DNA of 64,000 bases from positions 448,001 through 512,000 of the forward strand of contig JBBRLQ010000001.1 of the NCBI GenBank assembly GCA_038231275.1, in the 5' to 3' direction. Shown piece by piece: positions 39,025-47,900 of this stretch; within the stretch, counting starts at the first letter, position 1, and each line of letters begins with the position of its first letter. The notes beneath the pieces were generated by a model. The model worked only from the letters and a program-made list of their open reading frames with translations. It searched no databases and was not told the origin of the DNA. The stretch is from Polyangiales bacterium (lineage in GTDB: Bacteria; Myxococcota_A; Polyangia; Polyangiales; Polyangiaceae). The position numbers and the translations under genes were made by a program.

Positions 39025-39474
39025 ATGGAAACCAGGCCGTGCACGAAGGCGCACTTCGACGAGATCGTCGAGGTCATCGATCGCTGGTGGGGCGGGCCGA
39101 TCAGCACGTTCGCGCACCCGATCTTCTTCTACGAAATCGGCGACGCCGCGCTCGTGGTGGTCGAGGACGGGCAGATGATCGGCTTCCTCCTGGGCTTCAT
39201 CGCGCACCAGCCGGTGAAGACGGGCTACGTCCACCTCGTCGGCATCCACCCCGACTTCCGCAGGCGCGGCGTCGGCCGCCTCCTCTACGCCAAGTTCAGC
39301 GAAGCGAGCGAGCGCGCTCAATGTGTGCGCATGAAGGCGATCACGACGCTCGGCAACGAGGGGTCGCGGCGCTTCCACATCGCCCTCGGCTGGCAAGAGG
39401 AAGAGGTGGACGACTATGCCGGACCCGGAAGGCGTCGAATCGTCTTCACGAAGGACCTCGGCGTGCGAAACTAG
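39025..39474 (+). CDS. GNAT family N-acetyltransferase
   Basis: GIHPDFRRRGVGRLL, NEGSRRFHIALG. Confidence 0.9.
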   Translation: METRPCTKAHFDEIVEVIDRWWGGPISTFAHPIFFYEIGDAALVVVEDGQMIGFLLGFIAHQPVKTGYVHLVGIHPDFRRRGVGRLLYAKFSEASERAQCVRMKAITTLGNEGSRRFHIALGWQEEEVDDYAGPGRRRIVFTKDLGVRN

Positions 39475-39525
39475 CTTCACCTGCGTAGTCCTCGTTGCCG
39501 CGGCACTTTGGGAGGTCGACTCCGG

Positions 39526-40410
39526 ATGCGACGCGCCACGTACCCGCTCTCGCTGATCTGCGCATCGGTCGTCGCCGCGCTCGTCGGGGCGTGCGCGCAT
39601 GGGCCGGTCGCCGCGACGGACACCTCCGACGAGACGCAGGGAGACGCGGCCGGTCACGTCACGGACGGCGCGGTCTCGCACGAGGCCGCGACGCCGGAAG
39701 AGGAAGGCGGTGCCGACGCGCGCGTGATCGATCCGCTCGACGCGTCTCCGTTCCCGTCCCCTCCGCCCCCGCCTCCCGTCGACGCCGCGCCGCCTGTCGA
39801 CGCGTCCACGTGCACGCGCGTCGGGCCTGGTCAGGCCTGCGGCGTCGCGCCGCAATGCGGGTGCTCGGCCAACCAAACGTGCGACCTCAACGGCACCGGC
39901 GACTCTTCGTGCGTCGGTCCCGCGGGGCTCGGCGTCGCCGGGAACCACTGCGTGAACGCCGCCGCGTGCCAAGTTGGGCTCACCTGCGGCTACGGCCAGT
40001 CGTGCCGTCCCTTCTGCAAGACACCCGGTCAGGCGTGCGGCGGCTCGAAGCTCGGAACGTGCATCCAGCTCAAAGATCGCAACGGCGGCGCCGTCCCGAA
40101 TTTCTTCGTCTGCGAGATCACGTGCCAGCTCCAGGACCCGAGCTCGTGCGGGTTCGGCTCGGGATGCTTCCAGAGCTCCGTCACCGCGGGCGCGTCGGAC
40201 TGCTACTCCGCGGGCACCAAGGGCCTGAACCAAGTCTGCGTCTACGCCGACGACTGCCAGGCGGGCTACGGCTGCGTCGGGTTCGGCGGCGGCACGTACC
40301 GCTGCAAAAACTGGTGCCGCGTAGGCCAGAGCGACTGCGGCGGCACGACGTGCGCCGGCTTTAGTCCCGCGCTCGTCGTCAACGGCGTAAGCTACGGCAC
40401 CTGTCCTTGA
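39526..40410 (+). CDS. Cys-rich lipoprotein
   Basis: Lipobox VGAC, low-complexity linker, two similar Cys-rich modules. Confidence 0.78.
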   Translation: MRRATYPLSLICASVVAALVGACAHGPVAATDTSDETQGDAAGHVTDGAVSHEAATPEEEGGADARVIDPLDASPFPSPPPPPPVDAAPPVDASTCTRVGPGQACGVAPQCGCSANQTCDLNGTGDSSCVGPAGLGVAGNHCVNAAACQVGLTCGYGQSCRPFCKTPGQACGGSKLGTCIQLKDRNGGAVPNFFVCEITCQLQDPSSCGFGSGCFQSSVTAGASDCYSAGTKGLNQVCVYADDCQAGYGCVGFGGGTYRCKNWCRVGQSDCGGTTCAGFSPALVVNGVSYGTCP

Positions 40411-40414
40411 ACCC

Positions 40415-40963
40415 ATGAGCACGCCCAAACCCAATCCGCCGCCCGCCGCGGGTCCGAAGAAGGATCCTCCGGTGGACCTTGCGCAGCTTCGTGACATCGG
40501 GCTCTTCGGCGCCCTCTCCGACGAGGTGCTCGAGCACCTCCTCAAGACGCTCCACGAGAAGCGCGTCGGCGCGGGGGAGATGGTCTTTCGCGAGGGCGAT
40601 CCCGCGCGCGAGATGTACGTCGTGCTCGCCGGCGAGATGGAGGTGCTCAAGAAGAGCCGCCGCGGACGCGATCAGCGCGTCGCGATCCTCGGCCCCAACG
40701 ACACCTTCGGTGAGATGAGCGTCATCGACATGCAGGCGCGCTCGGCGACGGTTCGCGCGCTCGCGCCGTCGCGCGTCCTCCGCATGTCGACGGAGGACAT
40801 GGACGCGCTCTATCGCTTCGACTTGAAGAGCTACGCGCTCATCGTCCTGAACCTCGCGCGCGACATGTCACGACGCCTTCGCGTGACGGACGGCATCCTC
40901 GCGGACTTCACGGCGAGCGTCCTCGACGAGTACGTGCCCGGCAACGGCGGCCAGAAAAAGTAG
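40415..40963 (+). CDS. Stand-alone cyclic nucleotide-binding domain protein
   Basis: VFREGD, FGEMS, RSATVRA; no HTH follows. Confidence 0.9.
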   Translation: MSTPKPNPPPAAGPKKDPPVDLAQLRDIGLFGALSDEVLEHLLKTLHEKRVGAGEMVFREGDPAREMYVVLAGEMEVLKKSRRGRDQRVAILGPNDTFGEMSVIDMQARSATVRALAPSRVLRMSTEDMDALYRFDLKSYALIVLNLARDMSRRLRVTDGILADFTASVLDEYVPGNGGQKK

Positions 40964-40965
40964 CC

Positions 40966-41313
40966 TCAGCCGCCGTCGTCGCTCGCGTCGGTCGCGCCGT
41001 CGTCGTTCGCGTCGTTCGCGTCGCTCGCGTCGGTCGATCCGTCGCTTGCGCCATCGAGCCCGCCCTCGCTGGGGGGCGGCGCGCTGTCCGTGGCGCCGGA
41101 GTCGCTGATCGCGCCGGACGAGCCGGACGAGCCGCTGCTGCTCCCCCCGCCGGACGAGCCGCTGCTGCCCGGGCCCGTGGTGCTGTCACGGAAGTCTCCC
41201 GCATCTGTGGCGAGAGCCCCTTCCGGCGGGAGCGGCTGCGGGTTCACGGTGCAGGCGACGCCGAGCGCCGTCCCCAGCGCGAGGAAAATCGTGAGCGATA
41301 CGGTGCGTCGCAT
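40966..41313 (-). CDS. Small lipoprotein with NPQPLPP motif (paralog 2)
   Basis: MRRTVSLTIFLALGTALGVAC-TVNPQPLPPE; start overlaps upstream stop (TGATG). Confidence 0.72.
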   Translation of the reverse strand: MRRTVSLTIFLALGTALGVACTVNPQPLPPEGALATDAGDFRDSTTGPGSSGSSGGGSSSGSSGSSGAISDSGATDSAPPPSEGGLDGASDGSTDASDANDANDDGATDASDDGG

Positions 41314-41669
41314 CAACCGTCCTCCGGTGCGTCGTTCGGTGAGTCGGCGGCGGCGTCGTTCGAAGCGTCCGCGCCCGCGTCGTTGCCCGCGCCGTCCGCG
41401 TCGCCGCCGGCGTCGGACACGGTCCCGATGCCCCCGTCGGCCCCGCCATCGTCCCGCGGGGGCGATGGGGTCGCGGCGTCGTTGCCGAACTGCGTGGAGC
41501 CGCCGTCGCTGCCGGAGTTGTCCTTGCCGCCGCTGGGGTCGTTGAGCGACTCGGGGGGCAAGGGCTGCGGGTTGACGATGCACGCCGCAGCCGCCGCCGC
41601 CGCGCCTGCGAGCACGACGATGCTGGCGAGGAGGCGCCAGGACAGGGCAGTGGGGAGGCGGAAACTCAT
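41313..41669 (-). CDS. Small lipoprotein with NPQPLPP motif (paralog 1)
   Basis: ..AAAAC-IVNPQPLPPE then acidic DAG-rich tail. Confidence 0.72.
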   Translation of the reverse strand: MSFRLPTALSWRLLASIVVLAGAAAAAAACIVNPQPLPPESLNDPSGGKDNSGSDGGSTQFGNDAATPSPPRDDGGADGGIGTVSDAGGDADGAGNDAGADASNDAAADSPNDAPEDG

Positions 41670-41688
41670 CGGCTCGGATCTCTATGCA

Positions 41689-41704
41689 AGCACCGTGGAT
41701 GCCA
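41689..41704 (-). promoter_or_regulatory. Candidate sigma54 promoter
   Basis: Minus strand TGGCATCCACGGTGCT with GG-N10-GC spacing, 20 nt before ATG 41669. Confidence 0.5.
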
Positions 41705-41784
41705 TCACAAAAACCGCGAAAAATCCTCAGATTCGGCGCTAGAAGGCACGACAGACCGCGACAGGCGAGGTAGAACGGCCCACC

Positions 41785-42516
41785 GTGGCACAGCCGGAAA
41801 TTCCCGAGAGCGCTGCGCCCGTCCCGCCGGTCCTTGCGGTTCGCGACGTCGTAAAGCGCGTTCGGGACGGGGAGGAGCGGCGCACCGTCGTCGACGGGGT
41901 GTCGTTCGAGGTCGCACAAGGTGAGCTCGTGATCTTGCGTGGTCCTAGCGGCAGCGGGAAGACGACGCTGCTCGCCCTCGCCGGCGCAATGCTCGCGCCG
42001 ACGAGCGGAGAGGTTCTCTTGGGCGGCGAGCCGACGTCGCGTCTTCGCGAGGCGCACCGGGCCGAAGCACGTAGGCGGAAGGTCGGGTACGTGTTTCAAG
42101 ATCTGCAGCTCGTCGAGGAGATGTCCGCGCGCGACAACGTCTTGCTCCCGCGCGTCCCCGACGGCGTCACGAGCGGCGACGAAGCGCGCGCGGACGAGCT
42201 CCTCACGCGCTTCGGCGTCGGCGCGCGCGGCCACACGCGTGCACGCTCGCTCTCTGGCGGAGAGCGCCAGCGCGTCGCCTTCGCGCGCGCGCTCGTCTGC
42301 GATCCGCCGCTCCTGCTCCTCGACGAGCCCACCGCCCACCTCGACGATGCGCGCGCAGAGGAGATCGCCGGCGAGCTCGAGCGGCTCGCCGCGAGCGGCC
42401 GCGCGGTCCTCGTCGCCACCCACGATCCGCGCATCGCCGAGCGCGCGGCCGTCACGCGCGTCCTTCGCCTTGCGGCCGGGCGCATCGAGGACCACGCTAC
42501 GGAGCGAGGCGCATGA
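41785..42516 (+). CDS. ABC ATP-binding protein (LolD/MacB-like)
   Basis: GPSGSGKT, GYVFQ, LSGGERQRVA, LLDEPT, THD. Confidence 0.95.
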   Translation: MAQPEIPESAAPVPPVLAVRDVVKRVRDGEERRTVVDGVSFEVAQGELVILRGPSGSGKTTLLALAGAMLAPTSGEVLLGGEPTSRLREAHRAEARRRKVGYVFQDLQLVEEMSARDNVLLPRVPDGVTSGDEARADELLTRFGVGARGHTRARSLSGGERQRVAFARALVCDPPLLLLDEPTAHLDDARAEEIAGELERLAASGRAVLVATHDPRIAERAAVTRVLRLAAGRIEDHATERGA

Positions 42517-43535
42517 CGAATCTGCTCGAGCCGTGGGTCTTGCTCCGTCTCGTCGCCGGCTTCCTCGCGGCGCTCCTCTTCGCGCGCGGCGCTCTCACTG
42601 CCGCTCGCGTGCTCCGGCACTTCGACCTCGCCCACGCGACGGAGGGCCAGCTCGCGCTCGAGAAGCAGCTCGAGCTGTCCGCGTCGTTCGTCCGCGTCGC
42701 GACGATCGTGCAGATCGCGTCGCTCGTCCTCTCCGTGCTCGCGGCCGACCGCCTCAGCCACGGCATCCGCGGAGCCATGTGCGCGTACGGCGTGTTCGCG
42801 GCCAACGACGCGGGCTTCCCGTCGCTCTTCGTCACCGTCGGCGTCGCGGTCGTCGCCGGCGTCCTCGCGCAGGCGTACGCCTTCGACGCGCGCGTCCGCG
42901 GGATGGATCTCGTGCGCCCCCTCGCGATCGCGACGCTCGCGTTCGCGCCGCTCGCCGTCGTCGATCTGGTGATGACCGCGCGCTTCCTCACCCGCCTCGA
43001 TCTCTCCGTCGTCGCGTCGTGCTGCTCGGTCAACCTCGACGCCGCGGCGGCGGGGAACGGCGGCTACACGAGCGGCCCTCGCGCGCTCACGACGGTCCTC
43101 GCCCCGATCGCGGTGGGCCTCTCGATCGTCGTCGCGCTGCTCGCCTCGCGACGTCCCACCGCGCCGCGCGCCGCGTTCGCAGGCGCTCTCGCCGTCCTCG
43201 CGTTGCCGATCGCGGTGGGCGCGTGCGTCCTCGAGGTCGCGCCGCACGCCTTCGAAGTCCCGCAACACGTGTGCCCTTTCTGTCTGCTCAAGCCGGACGT
43301 CCTCGGTCTCGGCTATCCGCTCTTCGGTGCGATCTTCCTCGCGGTCGTGTGGGGCGCCGGCGCGGCGGTGGCGGGCCTCCTCGCGCGTGGTCCTGCGGCG
43401 CGCGCCGCGTTCGGTCCCTTCGCGCGCGGTCTGCTCCGTCGCGAGGCCGTCGCGTGGGGCGTCGCGCTGGCGCTCGGCCTTGCGCCGATCCTCCGCTATG
43501 CCATCGTGGCGGGCGGAGCCTCCCTGTTCCGATGA
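42513..43535 (+). CDS. Polytopic membrane protein with Cys/His motifs
   Basis: About 9 hydrophobic helices; GAMCAYG, SCCS, HVCPFC; ATGA overlaps at both ends. Confidence 0.75.
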   Translation: MTNLLEPWVLLRLVAGFLAALLFARGALTAARVLRHFDLAHATEGQLALEKQLELSASFVRVATIVQIASLVLSVLAADRLSHGIRGAMCAYGVFAANDAGFPSLFVTVGVAVVAGVLAQAYAFDARVRGMDLVRPLAIATLAFAPLAVVDLVMTARFLTRLDLSVVASCCSVNLDAAAAGNGGYTSGPRALTTVLAPIAVGLSIVVALLASRRPTAPRAAFAGALAVLALPIAVGACVLEVAPHAFEVPQHVCPFCLLKPDVLGLGYPLFGAIFLAVVWGAGAAVAGLLARGPAARAAFGPFARGLLRREAVAWGVALALGLAPILRYAIVAGGASLFR

Positions 43536-43948
43536 TCCCGCGCCGCCGCTTCATCGCCGTCATCGCAACGTGCGCCGTGTCCTCCGTGGCATGCAAGCGC
43601 GAGCCTCGCTGCGCGCACTGCGGAATGAAGCTCGATCCGACCAGCAGCTGGACGACCGAGCTTCGCGGCGGGAGCCCCGAAAAATACGACACGCCGCGCT
43701 GCGCGCTTACCGCGTGGCGTAGAGGTCGCGCGAGCACCACCGGCGTGAAGGTCGTCGAGTACTACGATCGCGCGCCGCGCGACGGCGCCGAAGTCTCGTT
43801 CGTCGTGGGCAGCGACGTCCTCGGGCCGATGGGACCTGACGCCGTGCCCGTCGCAAAGGACCGCGCGGACCGCTTCGTCAAAGACCACGGCGGCCGCAAG
43901 CTCGGCCTCGACGATCTCACGCTGCACGTCCTCGAGGAGCTGAAGTGA
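43532..43948 (+). CDS. NosL-family copper-chaperone-like lipoprotein
   Basis: Lipobox SVAC, CAHCGM, YDTPRC, FVVGSDVLGPMG, F.KDHGG. Confidence 0.85.
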   Translation: MIPRRRFIAVIATCAVSSVACKREPRCAHCGMKLDPTSSWTTELRGGSPEKYDTPRCALTAWRRGRASTTGVKVVEYYDRAPRDGAEVSFVVGSDVLGPMGPDAVPVAKDRADRFVKDHGGRKLGLDDLTLHVLEELK

Positions 43949-44220
43949 CCGACGATCTCCCGAAGCCGCCGCCCGACGCTCCCGAAGAACCGCCGCAGGA
44001 TTTGCCCCCGCGCGTGCGTCGCATCCTGCGTTCGGTCTATGCGATCGAAGGCGTCGCCGGCGCGCGCGTCTGGCTCTGGGAGCAAAAGGTCGCGGTCGGC
44101 GTGCGCGGCACCCACGCCATCTCCGTCCCCGAGCTCCTCCGCCGCGTCGAGACCGCGGTGGCGCCGCTCCGCGAGCCCGACGAGACGTGGGACTTCGGTC
44201 TCCTCGAAGAGGACGCCTGA
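43945..44220 (+). CDS. Small hypothetical protein
   Basis: GTGA overlap with the nosL-like gene; compact alpha/beta composition. Confidence 0.6.
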   Translation: MTDDLPKPPPDAPEEPPQDLPPRVRRILRSVYAIEGVAGARVWLWEQKVAVGVRGTHAISVPELLRRVETAVAPLREPDETWDFGLLEEDA

Positions 44221-44281
44221 CAAAACGCAGCGAGCGCGCCTCCCCGAAGAGAAGCGCGCCCGGCGACGAGAACGTGCGGAA

Positions 44282-44788
44282 CTAGTTCGAGACGAAGATC
44301 GCTTCGATCTCGTTCTTGACCTGCTCCTCGGTCTGCTCGCGCGCGATGGCGATCTCCTTCACGATGAGCGTGCGCGCGGTGTCGAGCATGCGGCGCTCGC
44401 CGAACGAGAGCTGCTTGTCCGTCTTCAGGCGGTACAGATCGCGGAGGACCTCGGCGACGTCGTAGATCGAGCCGGTCTTGATCTTGTCCATGAACCCGCG
44501 GTAGCGGCGGTTCCAGGTCTGGTTGTCGAACGCGACGTTGCGCTCCCTGAGGATGTCGAAAATCTCGCGGATCTCGACTTCGCTGATGACGCAACGGAGG
44601 CCGACGGCGCTCGCGTTGCTGACGGGCACCATGATCTTGCGGTCGGTATCCAGGATGCGAAGAACGTAGAAGCGCTGACGCGTGCCGGCGATGTCTTTCT
44701 CTTCGATCCGGATGACCTCAGCCACACCCTGCGCCGGGTAAACGGCCTTGTCGCCAACCTTGAACTTGACCTCGGTACCAGCTTGCAT
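44282..44788 (-). CDS. carD: CarD/CdnL family RNA polymerase-binding regulator
   Basis: FKVGDKAVYP.QGV, MVPV..GLR, QTWNRRYR, LSFGERRML; no HMGA tail, so CdnL type. Confidence 0.95.
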   Translation of the reverse strand: MQAGTEVKFKVGDKAVYPAQGVAEVIRIEEKDIAGTRQRFYVLRILDTDRKIMVPVSNASAVGLRCVISEVEIREIFDILRERNVAFDNQTWNRRYRGFMDKIKTGSIYDVAEVLRDLYRLKTDKQLSFGERRMLDTARTLIVKEIAIAREQTEEQVKNEIEAIFVSN

Positions 44789-45078
44789 AGTGTCTCCTCA
44801 GGTTCCTGTTTTCGGCGTGGGGTCGCGGCTCCGAGTCCGGGAGTCGCAAAAGGAAAAAGCCCTCCGTCACCTGATGACCCCAAGCTCTTCCTGAACAGCC
44901 GGAGCTGGAAGAAGTTGAGGACCGCCAAGTCGCGGGACTTCGAGACGAACGTGATCGAACGGGGGCGTTTGTCGGAAGACGAAGAATCGATTTCCTCGAG
45001 CCCGCGGGAGGGAGTCAGTGGGACAGAACGCCCGCTGACGATGCGGTCCGAGGCGGTGGGCAGAATTCAGGCGAGCGC

Positions 45079-45108
45079 ACTGTAATTGGCCGGAGGCCTG
45101 TTTGTCAA
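45079..45108 (-). promoter_or_regulatory. Candidate sigma70 promoter for cdnL
   Basis: TTGACA-N18-TACAGT on minus strand. Confidence 0.6.
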
Positions 45109-45367
45109 ACGGGAAGCGCCGTCAAAGTGTGATCTGCGTCAAACCGTGTGGCGTTCCCGTGCAAAAAGCGAACAGCGCGGGCGAGCAGGAAATCAGAAGA
45201 GTCCCGCTCACTTCGAGTAAGAACACGACAGGAGGCGGGACCTCGTCCGTCGCGCGCATGTGCGCCAGCTGAATACACTGTAGCATGGGCCGGCCATTGC
45301 GCCAGTCGATCGGCCGGTTCCTTTTCTGCGGAGGCTCGGCCGACCAGACGCCGCCCTCGCCCTCGGA

Positions 45368-46282
45368 CTACGCGCGCGCGGCGAGGGCTTGCGCGATTCC
45401 CCACCGCACACCGCGATCGGAGATGCGCACGGCGGGAGCGCCCCATCGATCGAGGAGCGACAGCGCGACGAGCCCGCCCGCGACGATGACGTCCGCGCGT
45501 TTTGGTTCGAGGCCCTTCACCGTCCGCCGCTCGGCCACCGTCTTCGCCGCGAGGCCTTGCACCACACGCCGGAGCGTCGTGGTCTGTAGCTCGAGGCCGT
45601 GCACGCGCGTGCCGTCATACGTCTCGAGCTCCAGCGCGATGGCGGCGAGCGTCGTCATCGTCCCCGCCACGCCAACGGGAACTCCGCGTACGGGAGGCAC
45701 GTTCTCGAACGTCGTCGCGGCGTCGCGCATGATCGCGTCGAGCTCGTCGGGCGCGATCGGATCGCTCTTCACGTGGCGCTCGGTGAGCCGGACGCTGCCA
45801 ACGTCGAAGCTCCGCGCCCACGTGATCGTCGCAGGGGCCTTGCCGACGATGACCTCGGTGCTCCCGCCGCCGATGTCGAAGACGCACACGTCGCGGCCGT
45901 CTTCGTAGCCCAGGCCGCTGGTCGCGCCGGCGAACGAGACGCGCGCCTCCTCGTCCCCCGAGATGACGCGCGCGTCGACGCCGATCGCCCGCTTCACGTG
46001 CGCGCGCACTTCGTCGCCGCCCTTCGCGTCGCGCATGGCGCTCGTGCCGACGACGTCGACGCGCGTAGCGCCGAGGCGCTTCAGGTGCGCCCCATACGCG
46101 TCGAGGCACGCCACGGTCCGCGCGATCGCGTCGGGGTGCAGCGTCCGTGTCTTGTCGACGTCCTGACCGAGGCGCGTGATCGTCGCGTGATCTTCGATGG
46201 CGCGAAGGACGCCGTCTTCGCCGGTCTCGGCCACGAGCAAGAGAACGGTGTTGGTGCCGATGTCGATCGCTCCGACGCGCAT
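45368..46282 (-). CDS. ppx: Ppx/GppA exopolyphosphatase (short form)
   Basis: AIDIGTN, TRLG, TSAMRDA, ISGDEEA, DIGGGSTE, RADVI. Confidence 0.94.
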   Translation of the reverse strand: MRVGAIDIGTNTVLLLVAETGEDGVLRAIEDHATITRLGQDVDKTRTLHPDAIARTVACLDAYGAHLKRLGATRVDVVGTSAMRDAKGGDEVRAHVKRAIGVDARVISGDEEARVSFAGATSGLGYEDGRDVCVFDIGGGSTEVIVGKAPATITWARSFDVGSVRLTERHVKSDPIAPDELDAIMRDAATTFENVPPVRGVPVGVAGTMTTLAAIALELETYDGTRVHGLELQTTTLRRVVQGLAAKTVAERRTVKGLEPKRADVIVAGGLVALSLLDRWGAPAVRISDRGVRWGIAQALAARA

Positions 46283-46309
46283 GCGACCCACTTCAGCACG
46301 CGCGCCCAC

Positions 46310-46347
46310 AAAACGAAACGGGGCGAGCCCCGAAGGACACGCCCCGC
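46310..46347 (-). terminator. Probable intrinsic terminator after OmpA/MotB gene
   Basis: Minus strand CGGGGCG..CC-TTCG-GG..CGCCCCG followed by TTTCGTTTT. Confidence 0.65.
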
Positions 46348-46365
46348 CGTCCCGTCACGCGACGA

Positions 46366-47220
46366 CTACTTGATCGTGTTGAGGTTCAGCATCTCTTCCA
46401 CGTTCGGCTGGACGACCAGCTCGACGCGGCGGTTCTTCTGCTGCTGGTCCTTGTCCTGAACGTCGATCGTGCCGATCTGCGGATCGGTCTCGCCGTAGCC
46501 GCTCGCCGCCCAGTGGCGCGGGTTGAGGCCGCCACCGCTCGGGCCCGCCTTCGGGTCTTTCGGCGGCGTGTTGGGCGTCACGAGGAAGAGGAGGACGGTG
46601 CGCGCGCGCGCGAGCGACAATCCCCAGTTGTCCTTGAAGGCACCACCGGCCGGGTACTTCACGTTGTCGGTGTGGCCGGCGACCTGGAAGTTGCGCTTCG
46701 CGAGATCGGCGTCGCTGCGAATGACCTCGGCGACCTGACCGAGGACCTCTCTGCCTTGCGGCTTGATCTCGTCTTTGCCCGAGTCGAAGAGGATGTCGCC
46801 CGGCAGCTGGATGACCATGCGGTTGTTTCGCACGACGACCTTGAGGCCGATCTGATTCAGCTTGTCGAGCTTCGACCTGAGCTCGCGGAAGCGCGCCTCG
46901 ATCGCGGCGAGCTGATCGGCGCGCTGCTTGTACTCGGAGAGCGCTTGCTGCAGCTTCGCGGCTTCGTCCTTCGACTGGCCGAGGGCGACGCCGGCTTGCT
47001 GGAGATGCTCCTTCATCTGGTCAATCTGCGCCTGCGCGTCGTTGAAGCGCGACTGATCTTGGGCGATCTGGTTCTTCGCGGCCTTCAGATCGGCGCCCAG
47101 CTTGTCGATCTCCCGCTGTTTCGCCGCCATCTCCTCGTCGGTGTGGCCGCAGCCCACGAGCCCGAACATCGCCACCGCGAGAATCGACAACAGCCAAAGG
47201 TACGCCTTCGTGCTTTTCAC
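46366..47220 (-). CDS. OmpA/MotB-domain lipoprotein with coiled coil
   Basis: Lipobox LVGC, ILFDSG, GHTD, NWGLSLARA, GYGE, NRRVE. Confidence 0.92.
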   Translation of the reverse strand: MKSTKAYLWLLSILAVAMFGLVGCGHTDEEMAAKQREIDKLGADLKAAKNQIAQDQSRFNDAQAQIDQMKEHLQQAGVALGQSKDEAAKLQQALSEYKQRADQLAAIEARFRELRSKLDKLNQIGLKVVVRNNRMVIQLPGDILFDSGKDEIKPQGREVLGQVAEVIRSDADLAKRNFQVAGHTDNVKYPAGGAFKDNWGLSLARARTVLLFLVTPNTPPKDPKAGPSGGGLNPRHWAASGYGETDPQIGTIDVQDKDQQQKNRRVELVVQPNVEEMLNLNTIK

Positions 47221-47390
47221 CGGAGAACCTCCTCACCGCGCCGGACTCGGCGGGCACAAAAAAGAAACGCCGAGACGGTAACCGGGCCGCCCTCTTCGCG
47301 CAACGGGCCGTTGGATCCGTGCTGCGCCTCGTGAAATTGGGTTTTCAGTCGCCGGCGCGGCCCGCGCGACGCCCCGCGCGCTCTGCCCTC

Positions 47391-47440
47391 ACGTGTCAAA
47401 AAAAAAGTCTTTGACATGTAACGTAGGTGACCATATAGGT
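47391..47440. promoter_or_regulatory. Inverted repeat containing back-to-back TTGACA elements (divergent promoter/operator)
   Basis: ACGTGTCAAA-N9-TTTGACATGT; plus strand TTGACA-N17-TATAGG. Confidence 0.6.
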
Positions 47441-47473
47441 ACTGCAACACCTCATCCCCGTAGGAGGACGATC

Positions 47474-47785
47474 ATGGCTGCTAAAAAAGGTGCCAAAAAG
47501 GGCGCGAAGAAGACCAAGACCACCAAGAAGGCGGCTGGTAAGACCGCCAAGAAGCCGGCGAAGCGCAAGGCTGCCAAGAAGAAGGCTGCCAAAAAGCCAG
47601 CTAGGAAGGCCGCCCCGAAGCCGGCCGCCAAGAAGAGCTCGGGACGATCGGCCGCGAAGCGCGGCGGCGGCGGTGGTCGGACTTCTGCGACCGCCGCACC
47701 TAAGCCGGCACCCCCGGCGGGCGTCCCGTCGATGCTCGGCGGAGCCCCCACGTCCAGCCACCGGCCGGACGACGGAGAGGAATAG
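47474..47785 (+). CDS. Histone H1-like Lys/Ala-rich protein
   Basis: AGGAGG RBS; MAAKKGAKKG..KKPAKRKAAKKK. Confidence 0.8.
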   Translation: MAAKKGAKKGAKKTKTTKKAAGKTAKKPAKRKAAKKKAAKKPARKAAPKPAAKKSSGRSAAKRGGGGGRTSATAAPKPAPPAGVPSMLGGAPTSSHRPDDGEE

Positions 47786-47838
47786 TCGAGCAACTCCTTA
47801 CACTTATTCTTTAGGGTCGTGATTCTGCGGCCGTGACT

Positions 47839-47873
47839 GAAGGGCGCATTCCTCAACGGGAACTGCGCCCTTC
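47839..47873. terminator. Stem-loop downstream of histone-like gene
   Basis: GAAGGGCGCA..TGCGCCCTTC inverted repeat; no clear U-tract. Confidence 0.4.
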
Positions 47874-47900
47874 GGCCATTTCGGAGCAATGGGGGTCGGC

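Noticed and set aside
44039-45085. Plus-strand 348-aa ORF across cdnL
   Set aside because: Antisense to a conserved gene and has no recognisable domain
46366-47220. MotB plus FliN as evidence of a flagellar system
   Set aside because: No motA or other flagellar genes; lipobox and coiled coil fit generic OmpA-domain lipoproteins
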